A stretch of DNA of 27,481 nucleotides, taken from positions 1-27,481 of the IMG/VR virus record IMGVR_UViG_3300044454_000013. The stretch is one strand, 5' to 3'. Shown one piece after another: positions 1 through 8,487 of the stretch. The position numbers and the translations under genes are program-made. The notes beneath the pieces are model-generated. The model worked only from the letters and a program-made list of their open reading frames with translations, had not been told where the DNA came from and ran no database searches. This DNA comes from a virus (lineage: Duplodnaviria > Caudoviricetes). Position 1 is the stretch's first letter, and each line of letters begins with the position of its first letter.

Positions 1-2
1 GT

Positions 3-218
3 CTTTCGTTAGTAAATCCATCCGGTCCAGTTATTGATATTACGGTATCTAACATTGATACCTCGCCATGGACTGCGTTGTTTCCAAACAAAACTAAGGG
101 CAGCAAAACTTTTAGTATTCCTGCAACGTCGTCGCAAACGTACTCGGGTGGAGTTCTTAATACTATGGGTTTGTCCGATGCACTGGCAATCACCGGTCTC
201 ACATTGAGTCGAGGCTGA
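3..218 (+). CDS. 3' end of an upstream gene truncated by the window edge, probably a virion/fibre-associated protein
   Basis: Frame 3 is open from the window start (LSLVNPSGPVIDITVSNIDTSPWTALFP...LAITGLTLSRG) to TGA at 216-218, one base before the next ATG. It is S/T/G-rich like its neighbour. Not in the ORF track. Confidence 0.6.
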   Translation, partial: LSLVNPSGPVIDITVSNIDTSPWTALFPNKTKGSKTFSIPATSSQTYSGGVLNTMGLSDALAITGLTLSRG

Positions 219-219
219 T

Positions 220-3045
220 ATGACTATTTCGTATTTCTCGACTTCCTTTTCTGGCGGCGGTACGAACACGGGTTCCGGGGGGTACTACAAGGATCTAACA
301 ATCACGGGTGCCCAGGTTGGAGATAGACTTGTCGTTATTGGCGCTGCAGATAATAAAGTGAGTACTCTTACTGAGTGTCTGCTTGTCACAACAGCCGGTA
401 GCACTTCGGCCTGGACCATTAAACAAAGCGCTGGAGCAAACGACCAAGATGTTGACTACATTCTTGGTACAGCTACAGTTTCTGCTGCCGGATCGATTAC
501 CGTTCGTGTCACCCTTCGTAGTAGCACAGATATGGGTATCGCCGCGTGGCTAATCCCTGCCGCTGAGCATTCAGGCACGCCGGTTTTCACTACCGTTGAG
601 GGAGCAAACGCAACCGGTTCCATATCGGCGACCATTTCCGGAACGTCTAATGTTTTCGGACTCGGCGCCGACTGGGCCGCCATCGATGCGGGCGCAGCGA
701 CAATGCAGCCGACCGGCACCACGCACTCCGACACGTTCGTTAGCGGACAGTACAATGTCTGGGTTGGCTCGTGGGCATCACAGGCCGCTGGGACGCGCCT
801 ATATGGTCTCGCAACAGACCCTGGAGCTACTGATTACGCGATTGCTCTATGCTCAGTTCCGGTTGCCGGCGGTGGAGGAGGTCCTTCCCCAATCGCACTA
901 AGAGCAGCAGGCACCGCAACAGCAGCAACAGCAGCAGTAACGGCAGTCAACCCAGCAGTCCCAACTGGAGCGACAACCGGCGATCTGTCAGTTCTTACTG
1001 TCTGGATGAAACCGTTTGGCACAACTATAACAACGCCTTCCGGTTGGACCAAGATTGGTGAAGCCACAAACGGTACGACCGCCGCAGGCACGGATACCGG
1101 TTCTACTAAGGTTGCGGTCTTTGTTAAGGAGTCCGCCGCTGTTGGTGCCATTGGTGCACTGACTTTGGCCGGTTCTCCAAACAGCGTTGGCGCCGTTATT
1201 AACACGTATTCTAAAGATGCGGCCTATTCTTGGGATTACTCGCAGTTCACAACCGGTGGTGATACAACCGATGGCACTAACTATTCAGCAACGGGTGCTG
1301 CAGGAATTGCTGTTGCTGCTCTAGACTGGGTCTTAGCATCGACTGCCGTCAACGGCGACGTTGGAACGCAATCGGCTGATGCTATTGGCGGAATGTCCGG
1401 AGCCACGCTGGGCACTTTAGTTGTAAGACAATCGGCAGATGTTACAACCGGAACTGACACACACGGCGAGGTCGTAGACGTTCCGGTCACCGCCGGTTCA
1501 TCAAGCGCCGCTCCGACGTTCACATACACTAACGCAAGTTCTGGTTCTGGCACCACCTTATGGCTTCGCCTTCGCCAGGTTGGTGGAATTCCTTCAGGAT
1601 CGTCTACTGGATCGACCGTCTTTACTGGAAGTTCTACGGGCGCACGATCATCAAAAGGATCTGCGACGGGAACGACCGCCTTTACAGGATCGTCTACCGG
1701 AAAGAAGCTCCTTCAAGGTAGTGCTAGCGGCGCAACAGTCTTTGTTGGCTCAGCAACGGGCAAGGAAACACCAAAGGGTTCTGCTACTGGCTCGACAACT
1801 TTGGTTGGTTCTGCTTCTGGTAAGAAGATTCAAAATGGAAGTGGAACTGGCGCAACGATCTTTGTAGGTTCGGCAACCGGAAAGGAAAATCCTAAGGGTT
1901 CGGCCACTGGATCAACGGTTTATGTAGGATCCGCTACAGGCACAAGTGCTGCCCCACCAAAGCAAGGCTCGGCATCCGGAACAACAACGTATATCGGCTT
2001 TTCGACTGGTAAGCAAACGCCCAAGGGTTCTGCATCGGGGTCAACAACCTTTACGGGTTCAGCGACTGGTAAGGAAACACCAAAGGGTTCCTCTACAGGT
2101 ACGACAATCTATGCTGGCGCAGCCTCCGGAGCTAAGCCGCTCTACGGATCTGCTTCTGGAACAACAACCCACACTGGTTCGGCAACGGGCAAGGAAACAC
2201 CAAAGGGTTCTGCTACCGGGACTACCGTTTACTCTGGTTCCGCCGCAGGAGCAAAGCCGCTCCGAGGTTCGGCTTCTGGGTCGACCACAACCGTCGGTAC
2301 TTCTACGGGCAAGCGGACACCAAAGGGTTTGACTACTGGAACCACAACGTACACCGGATCTGCCTCAGGCCTTCGTGCTTCTCGAGGCTCGGCTACGGGT
2401 ACCACAATTTATGCAGGTAGTGCACAAGCTGGCGATGGTCAGTATGGTTATGCTGTAGGCGACACGACATTTGCCGGCTCTGCTTCAGGTACGCGCGCAC
2501 CCAAGGGTTCCGCCTCAGGAAGTACTTTAGAAAGTGGCACTGCATCTGGAACGAAGTCTGTTCGTGGATCCGCAACCGGTTCTACAACTCATACTGGTTT
2601 AGCAACTGGCAAGGAAACACCAAAGGGTTCGGCAACTGGCTCGACAATCCATGCTGGCTCGGCAACTGGAGCAAAGCCTCTTCGAGGTTCAGCTTCTGGT
2701 GTAACAACACACATTGGCGCATCAACGGGCCGCCATATTTCGTATGGAACTGCTAGTAGTACAACTACCCATGTCGGAACGTCAGCTGGAAGTCGTACGC
2801 CAAAGGGTTCTACCACAAGTATCACGACTTTTGTTGGTCTCGCTACTGGCAGTATGCCTTCTGGTGGATCTGCTTATGGCGAAACAACATATATTGGTCT
2901 TGCTACTGGTAAGAATGAGATTAAGCCAAGCGAAAACGCTATTGTTACTGTCACTCTCCTGCCGCGCCGGTGGGAAGGACTACTCTTGCCACAAAGGTGG
3001 GATGGTTCTATTCAACCACGACGATGGGAAGGACATCTCCTATGA
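220..3045 (+). CDS. Large G/S/T/A-rich putative virion fibre/adhesin (minor structural protein) with a tandem-repeat stalk
   Basis: 941-aa ORF. Two ~220-aa beta-rich domains are separated by a GGGGGPSP linker, followed by 22 ~20-aa repeats and three PxRW[E/D]G repeats at the C-terminus. Stop overlaps the next start (ATGA). Confidence 0.7.
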   Translation: MTISYFSTSFSGGGTNTGSGGYYKDLTITGAQVGDRLVVIGAADNKVSTLTECLLVTTAGSTSAWTIKQSAGANDQDVDYILGTATVSAAGSITVRVTLRSSTDMGIAAWLIPAAEHSGTPVFTTVEGANATGSISATISGTSNVFGLGADWAAIDAGAATMQPTGTTHSDTFVSGQYNVWVGSWASQAAGTRLYGLATDPGATDYAIALCSVPVAGGGGGPSPIALRAAGTATAATAAVTAVNPAVPTGATTGDLSVLTVWMKPFGTTITTPSGWTKIGEATNGTTAAGTDTGSTKVAVFVKESAAVGAIGALTLAGSPNSVGAVINTYSKDAAYSWDYSQFTTGGDTTDGTNYSATGAAGIAVAALDWVLASTAVNGDVGTQSADAIGGMSGATLGTLVVRQSADVTTGTDTHGEVVDVPVTAGSSSAAPTFTYTNASSGSGTTLWLRLRQVGGIPSGSSTGSTVFTGSSTGARSSKGSATGTTAFTGSSTGKKLLQGSASGATVFVGSATGKETPKGSATGSTTLVGSASGKKIQNGSGTGATIFVGSATGKENPKGSATGSTVYVGSATGTSAAPPKQGSASGTTTYIGFSTGKQTPKGSASGSTTFTGSATGKETPKGSSTGTTIYAGAASGAKPLYGSASGTTTHTGSATGKETPKGSATGTTVYSGSAAGAKPLRGSASGSTTTVGTSTGKRTPKGLTTGTTTYTGSASGLRASRGSATGTTIYAGSAQAGDGQYGYAVGDTTFAGSASGTRAPKGSASGSTLESGTASGTKSVRGSATGSTTHTGLATGKETPKGSATGSTIHAGSATGAKPLRGSASGVTTHIGASTGRHISYGTASSTTTHVGTSAGSRTPKGSTTSITTFVGLATGSMPSGGSAYGETTYIGLATGKNEIKPSENAIVTVTLLPRRWEGLLLPQRWDGSIQPRRWEGHLL
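1597..2925 (+). repeat. 22 degenerate coding tandem repeats of ~60 nt (20 aa; consensus GSATGTTx[F/Y/H]xGSATGKxTPK)
   Basis: Counted from the translation, GSSTGSTVFTGSSTGARSSK to GSAYGETTYIGLATGKNEIK; one unit is 23 aa. The DNA word aaggaaacaccaaagggttc recurs several times. Confidence 0.9.
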
Positions 3046-3311
3046 CATATCCGCAAGAAACTAAGGAATTTCAGCCCATTAGAGTGAAGGTTGATGGCGT
3101 AGAAGTAGTTGAGGGAGTTGAGGTAGCTGTTATTCCGCCGTCAACTCGTCCGATTGAAACGGACTGGGTAGCAGCTACCTCCCTCAGCAATGGACATCTC
3201 GCAGTTTTGGTAGATGGTCTTGCGCCAGCGGTCTGGAATGTTTGGGCCCGAGTTACAACCGTAGACGAGAAGGCTGTCGTCTACTGCGGAAACTTCAAGG
3301 TGACGGCATGA
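3042..3311 (+). CDS. Small beta-rich hypothetical protein (89 aa), possibly a fibre-associated/BppU-like virion protein
   Basis: ATG at 3042 overlaps the upstream stop (ATGA) and follows GGAAGGA. MTYPQETKEFQPIRVKVDG... The ORF-track start at 2970 is probably too early. Confidence 0.65.
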   Translation: MTYPQETKEFQPIRVKVDGVEVVEGVEVAVIPPSTRPIETDWVAATSLSNGHLAVLVDGLAPAVWNVWARVTTVDEKAVVYCGNFKVTA

Positions 3312-3949
3312 CTCTTCCCGAATTTGACTGGACTGCTTTAACAGACGTTGAAGTGTCTGAACTAAAGATGCAGGCAATCCTGGAAGAGGAGCGTCGCTAT
3401 CGAGTTGCACAAGCACCAACACAAGCTGAGGCTATCTCAGTTGAGTATTTCAAAGACATCGGTATGGTCGAGGGTTCCGAGTGGGTTCAGCCTACTGGAG
3501 CCCATGACGCTTACCCTTTAAACTATATTGTAGTAAAGGGTGGTCATTCCTGGAAGTCTCTGATTTCAGCGAATGTATGGGCTCCTGGTCTTGATCCACG
3601 ATGGTGGGAAGATCAAACGCCAGTCGATGATGGGGTTTGGAATCCAAATTACCATTCATATTTGATTGACGATGTCGTCCTTTACAACGGCATCTCATAC
3701 AAATGCTTGCAGGCTCATACATCTCAGCCCGATTGGACTCCTTTGGCAGTTCCTGCGCTATGGTTTGACATGACGCCGATTCCAGATCCGCCACCAGTCA
3801 CAATTGCCGAATGGGACCCAAACGCTAAAACATATTTGGTAAATGACGAAGTGGTCTATCGGGGATTCACATACAAGTGTATCCAGGCACATACATCGCA
3901 AGCAGGCTGGACTCCATTAGCCGTAGCAAGTCTTTGGACTCAACTCTAG
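3308..3949 (+). CDS. Carbohydrate-binding protein with CBM5/12 (chitin-binding type) modules
   Basis: ATG at 3308 (ATGA overlap). Contains a WVQPTGAHDAY...W module and two near-identical W[N/D]PNxxxYLxxDxVxYxGxxYKCxQAHTSQxxWTPLAVxxLW modules, typical of CBM5/12. Confidence 0.8.
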   Translation: MTLPEFDWTALTDVEVSELKMQAILEEERRYRVAQAPTQAEAISVEYFKDIGMVEGSEWVQPTGAHDAYPLNYIVVKGGHSWKSLISANVWAPGLDPRWWEDQTPVDDGVWNPNYHSYLIDDVVLYNGISYKCLQAHTSQPDWTPLAVPALWFDMTPIPDPPPVTIAEWDPNAKTYLVNDEVVYRGFTYKCIQAHTSQAGWTPLAVASLWTQL

Positions 3950-3962
3950 AAGGGAGGTAGCC

Positions 3963-4463
3963 ATGAATGAAGTTGACAACGTTCTCGCACAGTACGGCGT
4001 CCGAGGTATGCATTGGGGCGTGATTACCAAGGCGAAGAATGCCTACACCAAGGCACGAACCGAGGATACGACTCCCGTTCCAGTCTCGATTACGGCAAAG
4101 CCGGGTAAGAAGATCAAGACTGAAGGCGGTAAGTACCTCCCAACGTCGGAAGATGCCAAGATTGCGGCTATCGCTAAGCAGAAGGCTAAGGGTTCTGGAC
4201 TGCAGTCGCTATCGAACGACGAGATGAAGGTACTTGTTGATCGAATGGGTCTAGAAGAGCGATATTCTAAGATGACTCCGAGGGAAATCTCGGTTGGTCA
4301 GAAGATGGCTCAAGACATCATGAATTCTCCGGTCCCAGAACTGGCGATGATAGGCGCAAAGGTCAAGTATGGCGATTCGCCCGATCCTCGCGTTCAGGTC
4401 GGTTTCATGGTAGCCGATACAATCATCAAATATGCCAAACAGAACGGCAAAAAGAAGAAGTAG
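3963..4463 (+). CDS. Basic protein with N-terminal LAQYGVRGMHWGV tag (tag family member 1)
   Basis: GGGAGG RBS. The N-terminus matches the tag of ORFs 6587 and 7645. Lys-rich, with an LSNDEMKVLVDRMGLEERY helix. Confidence 0.8.
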   Translation: MNEVDNVLAQYGVRGMHWGVITKAKNAYTKARTEDTTPVPVSITAKPGKKIKTEGGKYLPTSEDAKIAAIAKQKAKGSGLQSLSNDEMKVLVDRMGLEERYSKMTPREISVGQKMAQDIMNSPVPELAMIGAKVKYGDSPDPRVQVGFMVADTIIKYAKQNGKKKK

Positions 4464-4472
4464 GATGGTCTA

Positions 4473-4829
4473 ATGCGTAAATGTCTCCATTGTCAGACGC
4501 CACTGTCTCGCCGAGAAACAGAGAAGCGTGCCGAATTCTTAGGTCGAAAGTACTGCAATCTACAGTGTAGCGTTGCCGATCGTCCTCGGGTTAATGCTGA
4601 GAAACGAGCGGCACTGGATCTCAAAGATAAAGAAGCGCCTCCAGAGACTAATGGTTTGACATTTACGCATCAGGAAATTCTGCATAGAGCACATATGGCC
4701 GCTCCACAAATCCCGATTTCAATTCTAGATGCTGTTATTAAGGATATTGAACCGATGCTTTCAGCAAACGTTCGACATCGGTTGTTGGGTCCAATAGCAG
4801 CGAATATTAGAGCCCAACGAGCATCGTAG
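4473..4829 (+). CDS. Hypothetical protein with an N-terminal putative zinc finger
   Basis: CLHC...KYCNLQC cysteine pattern; fills the gap between adjacent + strand genes. Confidence 0.65.
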   Translation: MRKCLHCQTPLSRRETEKRAEFLGRKYCNLQCSVADRPRVNAEKRAALDLKDKEAPPETNGLTFTHQEILHRAHMAAPQIPISILDAVIKDIEPMLSANVRHRLLGPIAANIRAQRAS

Positions 4830-4844
4830 GAAGGAGGATTGGCA

Positions 4845-6590
4845 ATGAGTCTATCAAACACTGCGACACCGTACTACTACGGACAGTTTCGTGATGCAGT
4901 CTTGCGCGGAGACGTACCGGTTAACCGCGAGATTGCTCTCGAGATGAATCGCATTGATCAACTCATTGCCAATCCTAAGATTTACTACGATGACAAAGCG
5001 GTTGAAGGCTTTGTTCGTTATTGCGAGAACGAACTTACGCTAACCGACGGCAGCGATCTGCATCTTTTACCGTCGTTCAAACTATGGGCCGAGCAATTGC
5101 TAGGATGGTACTACTTTGTTGAGCGTAGTGTCTACCAACCCTCGGAAGACAACCATGGTGGACGGTACGTTACAAAGACCATCAAGAAGCGCCTGACAGT
5201 CAAGCAGTATCTGATCGTCGCCCGAGGTGCTGCCAAGTCGATGTACGCCTCGTGTCTTCAGAGTTACTTCCTGAATGTCGACACGGCAACGACACATCAG
5301 ATCACAACAGCACCGACCATGAAGCAGGCAGACGAAGTCATGTCTCCTTGTCGAACGGCGATCGTGCGCTCTCGCGGACCGCTGTTCAAGTTCCTCACAG
5401 AGGGCTCGATGCAGAACACTACGGGCTCTAGGGCCAATCGTGTGAAGTTGGCTTCCACAAAGAAGGGCATCGAGAACTTCCTGACTGGATCCTTGCTCGA
5501 AGTTCGTCCTATGACGATCAACAAGCTCCAGGGTCTGCGTCCTAAGGTCTCAACAATCGATGAGTGGTTGTCTGGTGACGTCCGAGAGGACGTAATTGGT
5601 GCTGTCGAGCAAGGCGCATCGAAGTTGGACGACTATGTCATCGTCGCAATCAGCTCTGAAGGAACGGTCCGTAACGGTTCCGGCGACACCGTCAAAATGG
5701 AACTACAAGACATCCTTAAGGGTGACTACCTCGCGCCACACATTTCAATCTTCCACTACAAGTTGGACAGTATCGAGGAAGTTGCCGACCCAGCGATGTG
5801 GCTTAAGGCCAATCCGAACCTAGGTCGTACTGTTTCTTATGAGACATACCATCTAGATGTGGAACGAGCTGAGAAAGCTCCTGCTGCACGCAATGACATC
5901 CTCGCCAAGCGCTTTGGAATCCCAATGGAGGGCTACACTTACTTCTTCACCTACGAAGAAACTCTTCCGCATCGCCGTCGTGACTTCTGGCAGATGCCTT
6001 GTGCTCTTGGTGCTGACCTTTCGCAGGGCGATGACTTCACCGCCTTCACATTCCTCTTCCCGCTTCCGGGTGGTAAGTTCGGAGTCAAGACTCGTAGTTA
6101 TATTTCCTCACTGACTCTCATGAAACTACCTGGCGCTATGCGTCAGAAGTACGACGAGTTCATCAACGAGGGCAGTCTCCACGTTCTCGAGGGAATCATT
6201 CTTGACATGATGGAGGTATACGAGGATCTCGATCGTTTCATCCAAGAAAACGAGTACGATGTTCGTACTTTTGGTTATGACCCTTACAATGCCAAGGAAT
6301 TCGTCACTCGCTGGGAACAGGAGAACGGACCATTCGGTATTGAGAAGGTAATCCAGGGTGCTAGGACGGAGTCTGTCCCTCTTGGTGAGTTGAAGACTTT
6401 GAGTGAAGAAAGAATGCTCATCTTCGATCAGGATCTTATGACCTTTGCAATGGGTAATGCCATTACAATCGAGGACACCAACGGTAACCGCAAGCTCATG
6501 AAGAAGCGTCAAGATGAGAAGATCGATAATGTGTCGGCAATGCTCGACGCATACGTAGCGTACAAAGCAAACAAGGAGGCGTTCGAGTGA
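4845..6590 (+). CDS. terL: Terminase large subunit
   Basis: AAGGAGG RBS 7 nt before ATG 4845. Walker A-like VARGAAKS, Walker B STIDEW, coupling motif ISSEG, nuclease acidic motifs GADLSQGDD, GYDPYNA and KIDNVSA. Confidence 0.95.
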   Translation: MSLSNTATPYYYGQFRDAVLRGDVPVNREIALEMNRIDQLIANPKIYYDDKAVEGFVRYCENELTLTDGSDLHLLPSFKLWAEQLLGWYYFVERSVYQPSEDNHGGRYVTKTIKKRLTVKQYLIVARGAAKSMYASCLQSYFLNVDTATTHQITTAPTMKQADEVMSPCRTAIVRSRGPLFKFLTEGSMQNTTGSRANRVKLASTKKGIENFLTGSLLEVRPMTINKLQGLRPKVSTIDEWLSGDVREDVIGAVEQGASKLDDYVIVAISSEGTVRNGSGDTVKMELQDILKGDYLAPHISIFHYKLDSIEEVADPAMWLKANPNLGRTVSYETYHLDVERAEKAPAARNDILAKRFGIPMEGYTYFFTYEETLPHRRRDFWQMPCALGADLSQGDDFTAFTFLFPLPGGKFGVKTRSYISSLTLMKLPGAMRQKYDEFINEGSLHVLEGIILDMMEVYEDLDRFIQENEYDVRTFGYDPYNAKEFVTRWEQENGPFGIEKVIQGARTESVPLGELKTLSEERMLIFDQDLMTFAMGNAITIEDTNGNRKLMKKRQDEKIDNVSAMLDAYVAYKANKEAFE

Positions 6591-7633
6591 CTGATCCAAC
6601 GAGAGAAGAAGCTCTAGCGCACTTTGGTGTCAAGGGCCAGAAATGGGGCGTCCGTAATGAAGATAAGTTAGTTGGACAAGATCCTGCTAAGAAAGCCGAA
6701 ACTGGTTCGGACAAAGCCAAACAAAATGAGCTAACCAAGCAGTACATGGCAATCAAGCCGCCTAAGGTGTCTAAAGAAAAAGATGCCCAAATGCACGCCG
6801 AAAGTAAGGCCAAGTTCAAAGCCAAGTTCGAGTCGAACGACGCAAAGTCTGGTGAGGGAAGTTTAAAAGAGTGGCGCCCGACTAAGAAGCAAGTTGCTAC
6901 CGTTGCCGTTGGGGCCGCTGCAGTTGGATTGCTTATTTACGGTGTGAAGTCTGGAAAACTTGATTCCGCTGGCAAATCCTACATGGATACAGTTGCCAAA
7001 TGGACTGGTGGCCCAGGAGATCCAATCGCCCCCGGTGCATTTAATCTTAATGTTACCAAATCTGCAGCAACTTCTTGGGGCGCTAAAGGTTATATTCAGC
7101 CATCTTCTTTTGCTCATGAAGGATCAACCTTTCCTGTAGGTCACGTCTTTCATAGATTGACAACCTCTTCTGAAACTGGTTTTCGTCAAGCAGGCACTTA
7201 TTGTACTGATTCTGTCGACGATTTCAATCGATACGTAACCGCTTTTCGGAAAGAATTATATTCCAATGAATTGCATCATGTTACGTTTAAAGCCAAGCAA
7301 GAAATCAAGGTTCCGGGGTTAACTGACACTTTGGAAAGTTTACGTCGGTCTCTTGGTACTGACGCTACACCCGAGGATGCTCATAGTTGGTACAATCGAC
7401 TTTCGGGCGGCGGTTGGGATAAAAGCGATCCGGTTGTTAGTAATTTCTTTAAGGAACTAACTAAGAACGGCTATCATGCCATCGTTGATGAGATGGATGC
7501 CGGAGTTATCGGAGAACGGCCGCTTGTCTTCTTTGATCATAAAGCTGTAACTAAGAAAACGGCCGAACTAATGACATCCGAAGGAATTAAAGCTGCAGAA
7601 GCCGCTTTGACCGAGATCTCAAACCGAAAGTAG
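6587..7633 (+). CDS. Tagged protein (LAHFGVKGQKWGVR) with a hydrophobic segment and a C-terminal putative ADP-ribosyltransferase-like domain
   Basis: GTG overlaps the terminase stop; AGGAGG RBS. Order: tag, Lys-rich linker, VATVAVGAAAVGLLIYGV, then FHR...TYCT...GYHAIVDEMD...ERPLVFFD. The ORF is solid; the ART call is inference. Confidence 0.55.
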   Translation: MTDPTREEALAHFGVKGQKWGVRNEDKLVGQDPAKKAETGSDKAKQNELTKQYMAIKPPKVSKEKDAQMHAESKAKFKAKFESNDAKSGEGSLKEWRPTKKQVATVAVGAAAVGLLIYGVKSGKLDSAGKSYMDTVAKWTGGPGDPIAPGAFNLNVTKSAATSWGAKGYIQPSSFAHEGSTFPVGHVFHRLTTSSETGFRQAGTYCTDSVDDFNRYVTAFRKELYSNELHHVTFKAKQEIKVPGLTDTLESLRRSLGTDATPEDAHSWYNRLSGGGWDKSDPVVSNFFKELTKNGYHAIVDEMDAGVIGERPLVFFDHKAVTKKTAELMTSEGIKAAEAALTEISNRK

Positions 7634-7644
7634 GAGGCGTCAAA

Positions 7645-8487
7645 GTGACTCAACCAACACGAGAAGAAGCTTTGGCGCACTTCGGAGTCAAAGGAATGCA
7701 CTGGGGAGTTCGAAAGAATGAAACTGCTCCTCCTAAAGCAAACACCGGAGTAGTCGATCCTGTATCGGCTGCCGTGACCATTTATGCTGTTTCTTTTCTA
7801 GCAATGTATGGCAGCATGGCCGTTGCAAAAACGTTTGATAGCGGAAATGCCCGAGTCCTAGTTAATAAAGGTAAGCGCGCAGTTACCTTCCAAAAAGATG
7901 GACCACAGTATAATCGGGCTCCGGCATTAGCTAAAAAGAACATGTCTGAAGCACAGATCATGCAGTCTGTAGTTGCACCTATTAATCCTGGGTACGGTAA
8001 GCACGGCACAAAGCAGAACTGCCGTCGTTGCACGCTCGCCTACGAGATGCGTCGTCGTGGAATGGATGTAAAAGCTACTACCTCGACTATGGCTACAGGA
8101 CAGCATGGTACAGGACTTCGTAAGGCAACGGGCTCGAAAACCAAGAAAATCGACTGGGGTGAGAATAAAGTCTATCCGTTTGGAACCAACCCGAAGGATC
8201 GCTCGTCCGCACCAAAGGCTATATTTAAGCGACTCAGCACACAGCCAAATGGCAGTCGTGGTGAACTAGGCGTTGGTTGGAAGATGGGTGGCGGACACAG
8301 TCTTGCCTACGAGATTGTTCAAGGTAAGCCCGTTATATTCGATACTCAGCGAGGACTCAAGATTAAAACTGCCGCTGAACTTACCAAAGCTTATGATTTA
8401 GAAATTGGCGCTGCAGCGATCACAAGACTTGACAACAAGAAATTAAATGAACAATGGCTGGAAAGATGGGTGCAGAATAATGATTGA
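7645..8487 (+). CDS. Tagged protein (LAHFGVKGMHWGVR) with a C-terminal papain-fold toxin (Tox-PL-like deamidase/peptidase) domain
   Basis: AGGAGG RBS + GTG. Order: tag, hydrophobic segment, then QNCRRCTLAYEMRRRG, GGHSLAYE and VIFDTQ, matching the Cys-His-Asp/Gln pattern of papain-fold toxins. Confidence 0.75.
   Translation: MTQPTREEALAHFGVKGMHWGVRKNETAPPKANTGVVDPVSAAVTIYAVSFLAMYGSMAVAKTFDSGNARVLVNKGKRAVTFQKDGPQYNRAPALAKKNMSEAQIMQSVVAPINPGYGKHGTKQNCRRCTLAYEMRRRGMDVKATTSTMATGQHGTGLRKATGSKTKKIDWGENKVYPFGTNPKDRSSAPKAIFKRLSTQPNGSRGELGVGWKMGGGHSLAYEIVQGKPVIFDTQRGLKIKTAAELTKAYDLEIGAAAITRLDNKKLNEQWLERWVQNND

Noticed and set aside
1597-2925. ~60-nt periodic repeats as a possible CRISPR array
   Set aside because: The repeats are degenerate, in frame and vary at synonymous positions; there are no identical repeats with unique spacers and no cas genes.
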